Source: Candidatus Methylomirabilis oxygeniifera (GTDB taxonomy: Bacteria; Methylomirabilota; Methylomirabilia; Methylomirabilales; Methylomirabilaceae). From it: DNA of 32,000 bases. Shown here one piece after another: positions 16,984 to 26,268 of the stretch. The stretch covers positions 1,740,001-1,772,000 of the forward strand of contig FP565575.1 in assembly GCA_000091165.1 (NCBI GenBank), written 5' to 3'. The translations under genes were made by a program, and so were the position numbers. Below the pieces are notes generated by a model. It ran no database searches and was not told the DNA's origin. It saw nothing but the letters and a program-made list of their open reading frames with translations. Numbering within the stretch: position 1 is the first letter of the stretch; every line of letters starts with the position of its first letter.

Positions 16984-19900
16984 TTATCGGTCGTCGAAGA
17001 TATCTCTTTGCGACTCTCTCTCAGCATCACGTTCGTATCCTTCGGCCAAGCTGCGAACTGCGTCAGCCACTCTGTGAAAGCCACTATCGGAAAGCGCCTT
17101 GGCTTTCACCCGATAATCTACTGCGATCTGTCTTTCCTGTTTACCATGGGAGAAGCCATGGGTCCCACGTTTGTTAAATAGGCCAGCTGTAAAGCCTCGC
17201 CGCATCTCTGGTACATCCCTTACGTCCAGAGCCGCCGCGATAGATTTGTGGATCCAAAGGCCTCCGGGGTCTTGCGGCGCATACGCCAGCGCTTGTCCCA
17301 ACTGATCCATAGCGATCCGAAAATATCCAGACTCCTTACAGCGCCTCTTCACCTCGTCCAGCCACTTCGCAAATCTATCGCCATCGAAGCTGCCGTCCGG
17401 CAACGAACCAGGAAGGATGCGCCATCCGTGCAGCAACGAATACGCATTTTGAGCGATTCGCTTCTGGGCCTCGCTGATTTCTCGCTTCGTTTCCTGATCC
17501 TCCTTGTCCGAACAAAATACGACTGCAAGAACTTCGCAGAAGAACGTCGGGGATGATGCCAGCTTATGTTCGAGCACCTTAGGTTCGCCACCGTATAATC
17601 GATTTAGGAGCGGTAGATAGTACCATTCAATCTTAGAGAGATCGTCCGAATCCGGGGGCGCATTTTCTTGCAGCCATTTAACCACCTCGACAATGTGGTA
17701 TTGATCGATTTGTTTTTGTTGTTCCTCTGCACTCAATGCACCTAACAAGGCGGCTGACGCGAGCGGCATCGGGATGGGCACCTTCCCGTCCGCGAGCAAG
17801 TAAAGGCAATCTATGGCCCTCGCTGGCTGCCCATTTGAGGTCAACTTTTCGGCAGCTTCCAGTAAGTCGTCCGGCTCCATACCCCACGGGCTGACCTGAA
17901 CCTGCTTCCAGTAGCTATGGGCCTCGCCCCCAAGGATTCTTTCTGCCCGGCGCCAAGTCTGCTTCTCAGAAGGCACTAGTAAGAGGAAGGCCAAGAGCTG
18001 TTCCTTCCGCCAAGGTTGGCTCAGTTGTTGATCAACCCATGGCCACTTTTGCGTCCAAAATCGCCGCCATACAAAGTTGCCCAGAAACTGCTTGATGGGT
18101 CTATCGCCGTGCTCTAGGAATGCCGGCAACAGGAATGCATCTATGTTGGAATCTTCTATCGCGCCTAACGCATCCCCTACCTTTTGTGGTGACTCAACCT
18201 GTTGTGCGAATTGAATGACTCCATCCACGCCTTTGACGCCCAGGATTGCTTTAATTGCATCCTGTCGAATGTGATCTAGCCTCTGTCGTTCCTGCTCATA
18301 ATTTCCCTTTTCTTCGTACAAATCAAAATCACGCTCGGTGAATAGTCGCCGGTTGGCAAGCTCGAAAGACGCTGGAGCTAACCAGCGCGCCACCTCCTCA
18401 ATCTTCGCGACACGCTCCGCTGGCATCGCCCATTGAGCGTCTGCATACTTCCGGTGCTTCAATGCGATGTCCTTTAACGCCTCCCAGAGCGGCACGCGAT
18501 CCGCTTCAGGAAGCGACGTAACAGCTGAAGACGATAAGTGATTCAACACCTGAGAGTGCGCTGGTTCAGGCAAGTCTCCCAGGCGATCTACCAGCTGGGC
18601 AAGTTTGTCCAGCTGGCGTGCGGCGATCTGTGTACACATCTCAGCATAGAGCTGAACTTGTGCCCAATATTGAGCGATCGTAACTGTTTCCTTCCATCCG
18701 GGCGGGATAAGTGATCGCCAAATCGGCTTGCGTGTACCGGACGTTGCCCCATGGAAGCTGGGAAGTAGGCTGACCAATACATTCCAAGCAACCTCAGGGT
18801 GTTCGCGAAGCAATGATTCCAGCGCGCTTCTCCGGACCGGTAGGTCGGCGAGCGTTTGGGCAAGCCATGGAAGAAAGATATCGACCAGTGAATTGCGAGG
18901 TCGATTGGCCCAACTACCGCCAGGATCTATAGAGGCTAAGTCTCCGAGCAGAGTAGTTACGCGTCCTAGATAATCTGGATGCCACGCAAGGGTCTCAAGC
19001 GCCCAAAGGGTCCCAGTAATGTAATTCTGGCCGCCCAAGGGGCCTCCGCCCTCCTGCCGAAAAATGTCAATAAAGGGGCTGGTGGCTGGATCTTCGACTG
19101 CCGCCTCGACAGCATCGAGAAACTCGTCAGGCGCAGCCTCAGCAAGAAGTGGCATCTCATTGTTGAGGCTCGCCCATGTTAGCCAGTCCGCCTCGTGTAA
19201 TAGCTTGCGCACGACAAGCCTTGCAGTTCCTTCAGCCTTGCCCTGTGAAGTGGATGACAGGGCGTTTGCTTTTGCTCCGAGTAAGGTTAACGACTCGACT
19301 ACTCCTTCACGAATTAAACGCGAGTGGGCCAGCACCTTTCCATGTATAGAAGCCGCATAGCGTTCATCCTTTGGAAGGTCAAATTGCGGGTCCTTCTCCC
19401 CCAATATCCGCAACGCCATCTTTTGAAAGCGATCAAGGTCTTCGTCGGTCATCCTCGGTCCGAGCGCCGACCACGCTTCACCGCGAGAGATGACTTTCCA
19501 TACTTCATTTCGCTGGATAAGGGGAGGGTCCGCGCGCAATGTCTCAGCTCTGACTTCCTCGATCCACTCCCCGTAGGCTTTTCCCAGGAGAATCTCCATC
19601 GCTTCTCTGTCCGCCGCACTGTCGCCTTTCCATTTTCCAACCATGGATGCCTGTGCCAACAGGCGTGCGTTTTCCCAAGTGGCATAGGGCGGCAGTTCGC
19701 CCAGTCCGCGAAGGAAGCGTTTCAATGCAGCCAGGCTCTGCGCTCCAGCGCTCGCCAATTCAGCAGCCCGTTCTTGGGCAAAGCCGCTATCAATTAGAGT
19801 CGTCTCGATCAGGCTACGTGAGGGGCTCATTATTGGAACGAGTTTTTCAGCGCCGTGTGACCAGGCGCCGGAAACCGAGAAGATGATGCCGTGACCTCGT

Positions 19901-20793
19901 GTACGCGCCGCCAGGTGTAGCTGCTCATTCGAATCAGCTAAGTCCAGTCTCGGACTTGCCACCAGGATGTGAAAGCACCGCAAATTGGAAAAGGTATGCC
20001 ACGCGTCGGGGTCGGAGATGAATAAACACCGGCTGCTAAAGGCACGCCGCGTGTTCTCATCCAACGACTCCAGAAATGCGGCGACGAAATCTTCTGCATC
20101 GTTTTCACTCTCCACGGAAAGAATCAATTGCTGAGTTTCGTGACGGAAGAGGCGCTCAAGTTGCAGGCAGGCGTTTTCTCGTCCCGCGAGGAAAATCTTG
20201 GGCGGTAACGGGGGGTCGTCCTTGCCACCCAACTGCGCGAGGTGCGACCAGTGCTCAGCCGGTGTTTGGAATCCTGCGAGAGCTTTGACTAGGCCGATGC
20301 GCTGAAGCAGCCATTTCCCCATAGCTGGGAATTCGCGCAGCCACTCGCACAGTTGCACTCCATCAATGACCTTGACCTCCTTCCAGCCATCCCCCTGCCG
20401 CTTCTGAATCCAGGCAGCTTGGGATGGCTGGTCCCAGCCCCTGCTTCTTGGTGTTACAAAGACAAACGTTACGTCCGCCCGCTCCGCTACCGGCGTTTCG
20501 TCAGTTCGCTTCGTGTAGTTTTCTGTTGCCCTACCCTGAGCATCTGCGCCACGACTAATTTCCCAATAACTCGTTTGCTTGGGAACGAATTGCCGAAAGC
20601 CGCCTTCCGTTTGAACCATGCCATCAAGTCCTGGTAATCCGATTGCGTCGCCGTATGGAATTCGGCACAAGGTCAAATCTGGCACGGAAAAGTTTACGAG
20701 TTGAGCGACTAGCTCCGGTATTACCGGCTCACTGTCGCGTCGATCAGCGAAGTCTTCTAACTCGCTTGCCGTAACTAGCTTCGTATGCTCCAT
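16984..20793 (-). CDS. Large (1269 aa) uncharacterised protein, possibly defence related; putative nuclease-like N-terminal domain
   Basis: Single long ORF. N-terminus has IPYGDAIGLPGLDGMVQTEGGFRQFVPKQTSYWEISRGADAQGRATENYTKRT, followed by an ATPase-like region with no clear P-loop and a long helical-looking body. Confidence 0.65.
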   Translation of the reverse strand: MEHTKLVTASELEDFADRRDSEPVIPELVAQLVNFSVPDLTLCRIPYGDAIGLPGLDGMVQTEGGFRQFVPKQTSYWEISRGADAQGRATENYTKRTDETPVAERADVTFVFVTPRSRGWDQPSQAAWIQKRQGDGWKEVKVIDGVQLCEWLREFPAMGKWLLQRIGLVKALAGFQTPAEHWSHLAQLGGKDDPPLPPKIFLAGRENACLQLERLFRHETQQLILSVESENDAEDFVAAFLESLDENTRRAFSSRCLFISDPDAWHTFSNLRCFHILVASPRLDLADSNEQLHLAARTRGHGIIFSVSGAWSHGAEKLVPIMSPSRSLIETTLIDSGFAQERAAELASAGAQSLAALKRFLRGLGELPPYATWENARLLAQASMVGKWKGDSAADREAMEILLGKAYGEWIEEVRAETLRADPPLIQRNEVWKVISRGEAWSALGPRMTDEDLDRFQKMALRILGEKDPQFDLPKDERYAASIHGKVLAHSRLIREGVVESLTLLGAKANALSSTSQGKAEGTARLVVRKLLHEADWLTWASLNNEMPLLAEAAPDEFLDAVEAAVEDPATSPFIDIFRQEGGGPLGGQNYITGTLWALETLAWHPDYLGRVTTLLGDLASIDPGGSWANRPRNSLVDIFLPWLAQTLADLPVRRSALESLLREHPEVAWNVLVSLLPSFHGATSGTRKPIWRSLIPPGWKETVTIAQYWAQVQLYAEMCTQIAARQLDKLAQLVDRLGDLPEPAHSQVLNHLSSSAVTSLPEADRVPLWEALKDIALKHRKYADAQWAMPAERVAKIEEVARWLAPASFELANRRLFTERDFDLYEEKGNYEQERQRLDHIRQDAIKAILGVKGVDGVIQFAQQVESPQKVGDALGAIEDSNIDAFLLPAFLEHGDRPIKQFLGNFVWRRFWTQKWPWVDQQLSQPWRKEQLLAFLLLVPSEKQTWRRAERILGGEAHSYWKQVQVSPWGMEPDDLLEAAEKLTSNGQPARAIDCLYLLADGKVPIPMPLASAALLGALSAEEQQKQIDQYHIVEVVKWLQENAPPDSDDLSKIEWYYLPLLNRLYGGEPKVLEHKLASSPTFFCEVLAVVFCSDKEDQETKREISEAQKRIAQNAYSLLHGWRILPGSLPDGSFDGDRFAKWLDEVKRRCKESGYFRIAMDQLGQALAYAPQDPGGLWIHKSIAAALDVRDVPEMRRGFTAGLFNKRGTHGFSHGKQERQIAVDYRVKAKALSDSGFHRVADAVRSLAEGYERDAERESQRDIFDDR

Positions 20794-20802
20794 GGGAGAC
20801 TC

Positions 20803-20988
20803 CTAGTTACGGGGGTGGAATCTACACTTCGCTCGGTAGTAGACGCGGTTCTCGTAAGCATCACTAACCTCCACTTTGACACCTCGCGTGCGGCCTCCAG
20901 AGAGCCTCCAGATGATCACTTCGAGCCGGTGCACTGCGCTCAACAGGTCCTGGCCCTCTTTCTTGCGTATTCCGATCAAAGTTGCCAC
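20803..20988 (-). CDS. Possible small 61-aa protein between the helicase and the 1269-aa gene
   Basis: ORF with GTG start filling the gap between flanking genes in the same direction; no recognised domain. Confidence 0.3.
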   Translation of the reverse strand: MATLIGIRKKEGQDLLSAVHRLEVIIWRLSGGRTRGVKVEVSDAYENRVYYRAKCRFHPRN

Positions 20989-21008
20989 TCATTCCGGCTT
21001 TCCACACC

Positions 21009-23081
21009 TCACATCCGCAAATCATCCAGGAATTCCGATGCCGGGGCGACGCTGGTGACGAGCAGATGATCCCTTGCGCGGGTGCATGCGACATAGAGAA
21101 GGTGGCGTTCGGTGTTGTACACATCTTCCAGATCCGCGTCGTCCGTCACTGTCTCGATTCGTTCCTGCAGGGGAATGACCTCATCATCACAAGCCATCAC
21201 GACGACTGCTCGGAACTCGAGGCCCTTGGCGAGATGCATGGTGCTGATCGACACGTGGCCGCTGGTTGTTTCGACTTGTTCATCCAGTATCTTGAAGGTG
21301 AGCCCCGCTTCTTTGACGGCTGCAAGCGCTCGGTCCAGCTCCGCCGCAGATCGAACAAATACACCGAACTCGTGGGGTGCTACGCCGTCCTTCTTGAGGT
21401 CCATAATCCATTTGCTGACCGTAGCCTTCTCGGTTTCGAGGCTGTCACAAACCCTGATTGTCGGTGCGGGACCGTTGAACACAGAGATGGTGTTGCTCCG
21501 ATCCTCCGTATTGCCGTCCGCATCGGTCACTTCTGGAGCCAGCAATCGATCTGCCTGCATGCGGATCTGGTGGGAGGTTCGGTAATTGACGTGCAGGGTC
21601 CGGGCACGCCCGCGGATATCGATGCCCAGTGCGAGCCACGAGAAGGGTTGTTGGAAGATGCGTTGACCAAGATCGCCTGCAAAGAACAGGCTGTTCGGTC
21701 GATCCGCCCCGAGCGCAGCAATGAACCGCAAATGAGCCACGCTCATGTCTTGGGCCTCGTCCACGACGGCAAAGTCGAAGGGCGGATGTTTACTTTCGGC
21801 TACAACAGCGGCCAGTCTGCTGAACATGCCCGAGCCTGTGATCAGGTTCCCTGCCGCCAGGCGCGCACGGACATGATCGAAAATAGACCAGAGCACAACG
21901 CGCTGCTTCTCCGGTAGCCGCGTCTTTCTGCCCAGCCGCCTGACATCGCGATACGCCTCCCATGTTTCCAACTGCCACGCATCGACGACTTGCTTCCACT
22001 CCGTCAGCAAGAAGGGCAGGCTAAATTTATGGCCGGTAACTTCTGCGGCTGCCTCCTTCAGGAGTTCCAGCACTGTGACCTGCGACACGATCTGCGATTG
22101 GCCGAGGTGAGGTTTGAAGAGCCGATGGCCAATGGCATCGATGGAATGCACCTCCAGACGTTCGGCCAAACGCGGTTCGTTGCTGACCAGCCGCCTGAGT
22201 TGTATTCGGAGAGCATTCGCCAGGATGTCTGAAAAGGTGGTGAGCAACACTCTGGCATCGGGGTTGGCGCGGGTCAGAAAGACGGCCCGATGCAAGGCGA
22301 CGATGGTCTTTCCTGTACCCGCCGAGCCGGAGACCCGCGCGGGGCCGTTGTAGTCGCGCTCGACCCATTGGCGTTGTGCCGGATGGAGAAAGACCGTCCA
22401 TTTGTCCCAGGGATAGTCGAGGGCCCGCTGCAACTCCTCGATGTTGTTCATGACCCGGAATCGACGCTGAGCATCCGGGTGAGCAAACGGATCGGTTCCG
22501 GTGGGGACGGGCTTGGCGACGTCCGGCTTCCCGCCGGTGGCGAGTTCCAGCAGCGCTTCAGCCGCTTCACTCGGTAAATGATCCGCCAATGCCAGCAAGG
22601 TGTCCTCCGTGGCTTGTCGAACATCATTCAGCCACCCCAGTGGCACACCGTAGTTCAGCAGGCAATCGTCGGACACCTCAGCGAATAGGCGCGGTTTAGG
22701 TGGAGCCGGCTGTTGAGTCTCGACGTATGCAGGGATAATGATTTCCTGGACCGTCTCCCGCACCTCAACCAACTGAGCAGCCCCGGTCTTTGGGTGTGTC
22801 TCCAACTTCCGGCGCTCAGCCCAGCGATAGGCGTTATCGTGGTGATCGACATAGCAGAGCAAGAGGCTCTCATCGCTCCTGTGGACAATGAGCCGGATAT
22901 CGTCGTTGACATACACCGACCAGAATTTCTTATCCCTGGCCTTATCGAGCTTGTGGAAACTCATGCCGGGATGAGCCGGATTCATTTGCAAGTCAAAGGC
23001 CGTAGTCTTTACGGCCTTCTGCTCGTCACCGGTCAACCGGGCCAGGCTGTCGGTGAAGGTGTCTGCGATTCGAAAGTCCAT
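21009..23081 (-). CDS. UvrD/Rep superfamily 1 helicase with N-terminal RelE/ParE-like domain
   Basis: N-term FRIADTFTDSLARLTGDEQKAVKTTAFDLQMNPAHPGMSFHKLDKARDKKFWSVYVNDDIRLIVHRSDESLLLCYVDHHDNAYRWAERR; helicase motifs SGSAGTGKTIVALHRAVFL, DEAQDM, VNYRTSHQIR, STMHLAKGLEFRAVVVMACDDE, LLYVACTRARDHLLV. Confidence 0.92.
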   Translation of the reverse strand: MDFRIADTFTDSLARLTGDEQKAVKTTAFDLQMNPAHPGMSFHKLDKARDKKFWSVYVNDDIRLIVHRSDESLLLCYVDHHDNAYRWAERRKLETHPKTGAAQLVEVRETVQEIIIPAYVETQQPAPPKPRLFAEVSDDCLLNYGVPLGWLNDVRQATEDTLLALADHLPSEAAEALLELATGGKPDVAKPVPTGTDPFAHPDAQRRFRVMNNIEELQRALDYPWDKWTVFLHPAQRQWVERDYNGPARVSGSAGTGKTIVALHRAVFLTRANPDARVLLTTFSDILANALRIQLRRLVSNEPRLAERLEVHSIDAIGHRLFKPHLGQSQIVSQVTVLELLKEAAAEVTGHKFSLPFLLTEWKQVVDAWQLETWEAYRDVRRLGRKTRLPEKQRVVLWSIFDHVRARLAAGNLITGSGMFSRLAAVVAESKHPPFDFAVVDEAQDMSVAHLRFIAALGADRPNSLFFAGDLGQRIFQQPFSWLALGIDIRGRARTLHVNYRTSHQIRMQADRLLAPEVTDADGNTEDRSNTISVFNGPAPTIRVCDSLETEKATVSKWIMDLKKDGVAPHEFGVFVRSAAELDRALAAVKEAGLTFKILDEQVETTSGHVSISTMHLAKGLEFRAVVVMACDDEVIPLQERIETVTDDADLEDVYNTERHLLYVACTRARDHLLVTSVAPASEFLDDLRM

Positions 23082-23115
23082 GAGTATGTCTCTATACCCT
23101 CGCGCCTACGGCTCG

Positions 23116-26100
23116 TCAGAGTCCATATTTCCGCTTCCGATTAACGAAGGCTGGCTCTGTTCCTTCAAGAATCTCCACGACTCTGGCCTTGATCTCGCTG
23201 GACTCGATAGCGCCTGAGATGTATCCAAATAGATTGTTGGCTTTGTCGCAGCTAGCGCAAATGATCTGCTCGGCATCGCAAACCACTGCCAAATTCGGAT
23301 TGTGCGTGACCATGATTACTTGGCGGCGCTGCTTCGCCGCTTTGATACACGTAACGAGAATCTTGTAAATCGTCTGGTTGTCGAGATTCTCCTCCGGCTG
23401 GTCGATAATCAGAGGTATGTCGTCCTTATCCACCAAGAGATAGAACACCAGCAGGAGCAATCCGCGCTCGCCTGGAGAGAGTCGCCCGATCTCTTGACCG
23501 CCATAGGTCAATGAATATCGCGGCTGTAAATAGCTCAATCCAAACAGGAAGTCATATACGTCTTTCACCTCACTGTGTTTCCGAAGCTGATCGCTCGGCT
23601 GCATCTCGTTTCCACCGCCGTCTTCGCGACGGTCAACGTGCAACATGTCATCGATGCGACTCACAAACTGAACCGTTTCTTCCGAATCGCCGAAATCTGT
23701 TTCCCGGAGAATGCCGTGAATCAGTTGATTGCTTTCCTCGATGCCCGAGAAGCTCCCCCGCGTTTGACGATTGATCATGGCCAGAAAATGCTGCTGGAAT
23801 CCCTCCTCCGCGATCCTCACGTTGAAAGCAAGGGGCAACGGCATCTCCATGTTGGCGGCGGACTGAACGAATCCTTGCACCGGCTGGTATAGCCGCTTAT
23901 ATTCCGCAACCGTCTTTTCGATCTGCTCATGTAGGCGTCGAACCACCGCAATACGTTCCTCTCGCAACTGATTGCGCTTCGCTGGAAGCTGAGCAAGCTC
24001 CTGTATTTCCGCTTCGAACCACGAAATCGAGTGGACTTTCTCTCTCGCGCCGATTAGTTCCGCTTTGGCACGCTTCCACTGCGAGACCTGTTCCTGATAC
24101 ACAACGTAAAGACGCTGCTTCTCACTAAGCTTGCTCTTGATTGCCTTGACCTCGGATTCAGCGGTCTCTCGCCGCTTGGTAATGCCGGTTGCTTCTTGGC
24201 TGTTGAGGATCTTATCTTGCGCTACGATCTCCGCTTTCATCGCAGCGCCGATGCTGTCCAGCTTCGAGGTATCCACTTTGAGCGAAACAACGTCATCGGT
24301 CGAAAGACTGCTATCGATCTCGACGAGTGTCATTTTCAGGTTGGCCAAGAATTGCTCATGCGCCTTCTCATGATTTGTGAGTGCCTGCAAGACGCGATTC
24401 ACTAAGGCCGCACGTTTGGTCGCACCCGCTTTCTTTTCGCGAGCCACCCGTTCCTCATCGCGGATCGCAGCAAGCTGGCCTCCCAGCTCCTGTAATCTGG
24501 CCGTCGCAGCAGCGGCTTCGGCTTTCGCGGCGTCGGACGCGGTCGGATCCTCAACTACCGCAGGCCTTGCGCTCTCCAGTGCCTGCAACTCTTTGCGCTT
24601 ACCTTCGAGCTGGGTTTCCAGGCTGAGCCGAAAATTCGGCGCCAGTCGCCTTTCTATGGTGTTTATTTCGTCGTTGAGCTTGGATAGCTGTTGCGCTACC
24701 TGCTCGCGCTCGCGCTCGATCTCCTCGACCTTGAAATTCAGAAGATCATCGAGGGAAATGAAATCGAGCTTCTCTTCCTCTGGCACATGCGTATAAATAA
24801 TCTTTCGCAATTCGCTGTCGAAGGTAGACGAACCGACGCCGCCGAGTTCATTGCAGAGTGCTTCGAGATAGCTTTGCGGAAGATATTTGACCCGTTCTAC
24901 ATCCGACGGTGCGGGGTTCTGGTGAAGTTCGCGCGTGGAGTCGGTTCCGTCCTGCCATCGAAGGGTGCCTGCGAACTGGGCTGCGAGCCTGCTCTTCGGG
25001 TCGCGGAATCGATCCTCAGTCAGAAAGGAGAACTTCTCATAGTTCTTGGTATTCCCAGCGAGCGCTGCTATGTCGGCTAGGGCGCTCTTACCACTGCCCT
25101 TGTTCCCGATAATTGCGACGAGATCATGATTCAGCGGCAGGTTAACGTCGAACCATGTATCGGGCAGGGCAGACCCTGCCTTCTTCTTGATCGTGATGGC
25201 AGAGGCATATTTGGTTCGATTTGCGGCAACGAGTTGATACTTCGGAGGCACATCGCCGACGAAGACGCGCTGATCGAATTCCGTTACGGCCTGACGCAGA
25301 CCCTCGAACGTCGAATCCGCTTTTATCCAGGTGAAGCAATGGCCAATTCGATCTTTGCTTTCAGACGTGCTCAGGGCGTGAGCATCTGAGCAATCGAGAA
25401 GCTTGCTGTTGACGTGTGAGTCCGCAAGCCGTTTTCGCGCGGTCTCGTAGGACTCGGGATTCGGAGCTGCGGTGAATACAAGCTGAACACCATTGATGAC
25501 GTTGCGCTTCTCGGCTATCGATTGATCATCCCACTTCATGTTCTCCCATTCGGTCTTGCCAACGGCTAACAGATAGCGATTCGTCAGTGTGTGATTGTCT
25601 AGAGCCTGAACGATTGATTCCAAACTTACGCAGAGGTTGTTGAAGCCCTCCTGCAATGGGGCGCCGTAGGCTGCTTTCTTATCGGCCGGAGCAGCGCCGA
25701 TAATCCTCTGTCCAAGATCCTTCAAACTGGCCAGGGTAATCACCGCCTGCCATTTCCCTTTCAGGTGGGTGGAATCCGGGATTAGATTATAATAAGGTGC
25801 AAGCGCATTCAGGAATTGTTGGCGGATAATCTCTGGATCGAGCTCGTCGAAGATGACGTGGAGATTGATCCTATTCCAGTCCGATTGAGAATAGTTTCCG
25901 TGTTCGTCTTTCTTGACTACGCCGGCAAATTTGTCCAAGCGGAATTCAACGACTGGAAGAATCAGGTCAATGTTCGTCAAACGGCCTCGTTCACGCTTTT
26001 CTATCAGGACTCGCTCGTAGCCCTCTATGAAAATGTAGTCGTTGATGCCGATGACTTTGAACTCAGGTGAAAGCTTTTCGAGGTCGGCTAAGAAAGCCTC

Positions 26101-26208
26101 CCACGCTACCTCCGTATTACCACCGTAGTTCTGCACGATTGAGGAGGGGCTGTGGACGTGGAGATCCCACTTCTTCCATGTTGAGCCAGCAGGATTGTTG
26201 TTGCTCAC
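23116..26208 (-). CDS. TrlF-like protein: N-terminal PHP domain plus AAA/ABC-type ATPase
   Basis: KWDLHVHSPSSIVQNYGG (PHP metal motif), IIGNKGSGKSALADIAAL (Walker A), coiled-coil middle, GGQEIGRLSPGERGLLLLVFYLLVDKDDIPLIIDQPEENLDNQTIY, VTHNPNLAVVCDAEQII. Confidence 0.88.
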   Translation of the reverse strand: MSNNNPAGSTWKKWDLHVHSPSSIVQNYGGNTEVAWEAFLADLEKLSPEFKVIGINDYIFIEGYERVLIEKRERGRLTNIDLILPVVEFRLDKFAGVVKKDEHGNYSQSDWNRINLHVIFDELDPEIIRQQFLNALAPYYNLIPDSTHLKGKWQAVITLASLKDLGQRIIGAAPADKKAAYGAPLQEGFNNLCVSLESIVQALDNHTLTNRYLLAVGKTEWENMKWDDQSIAEKRNVINGVQLVFTAAPNPESYETARKRLADSHVNSKLLDCSDAHALSTSESKDRIGHCFTWIKADSTFEGLRQAVTEFDQRVFVGDVPPKYQLVAANRTKYASAITIKKKAGSALPDTWFDVNLPLNHDLVAIIGNKGSGKSALADIAALAGNTKNYEKFSFLTEDRFRDPKSRLAAQFAGTLRWQDGTDSTRELHQNPAPSDVERVKYLPQSYLEALCNELGGVGSSTFDSELRKIIYTHVPEEEKLDFISLDDLLNFKVEEIEREREQVAQQLSKLNDEINTIERRLAPNFRLSLETQLEGKRKELQALESARPAVVEDPTASDAAKAEAAAATARLQELGGQLAAIRDEERVAREKKAGATKRAALVNRVLQALTNHEKAHEQFLANLKMTLVEIDSSLSTDDVVSLKVDTSKLDSIGAAMKAEIVAQDKILNSQEATGITKRRETAESEVKAIKSKLSEKQRLYVVYQEQVSQWKRAKAELIGAREKVHSISWFEAEIQELAQLPAKRNQLREERIAVVRRLHEQIEKTVAEYKRLYQPVQGFVQSAANMEMPLPLAFNVRIAEEGFQQHFLAMINRQTRGSFSGIEESNQLIHGILRETDFGDSEETVQFVSRIDDMLHVDRREDGGGNEMQPSDQLRKHSEVKDVYDFLFGLSYLQPRYSLTYGGQEIGRLSPGERGLLLLVFYLLVDKDDIPLIIDQPEENLDNQTIYKILVTCIKAAKQRRQVIMVTHNPNLAVVCDAEQIICASCDKANNLFGYISGAIESSEIKARVVEILEGTEPAFVNRKRKYGL

Positions 26209-26268
26209 TTGTCCCTCTTTATGAAGTGCCCCCTCGCATGAACGCGAGGCCGCGTCAATGCCTCCACC

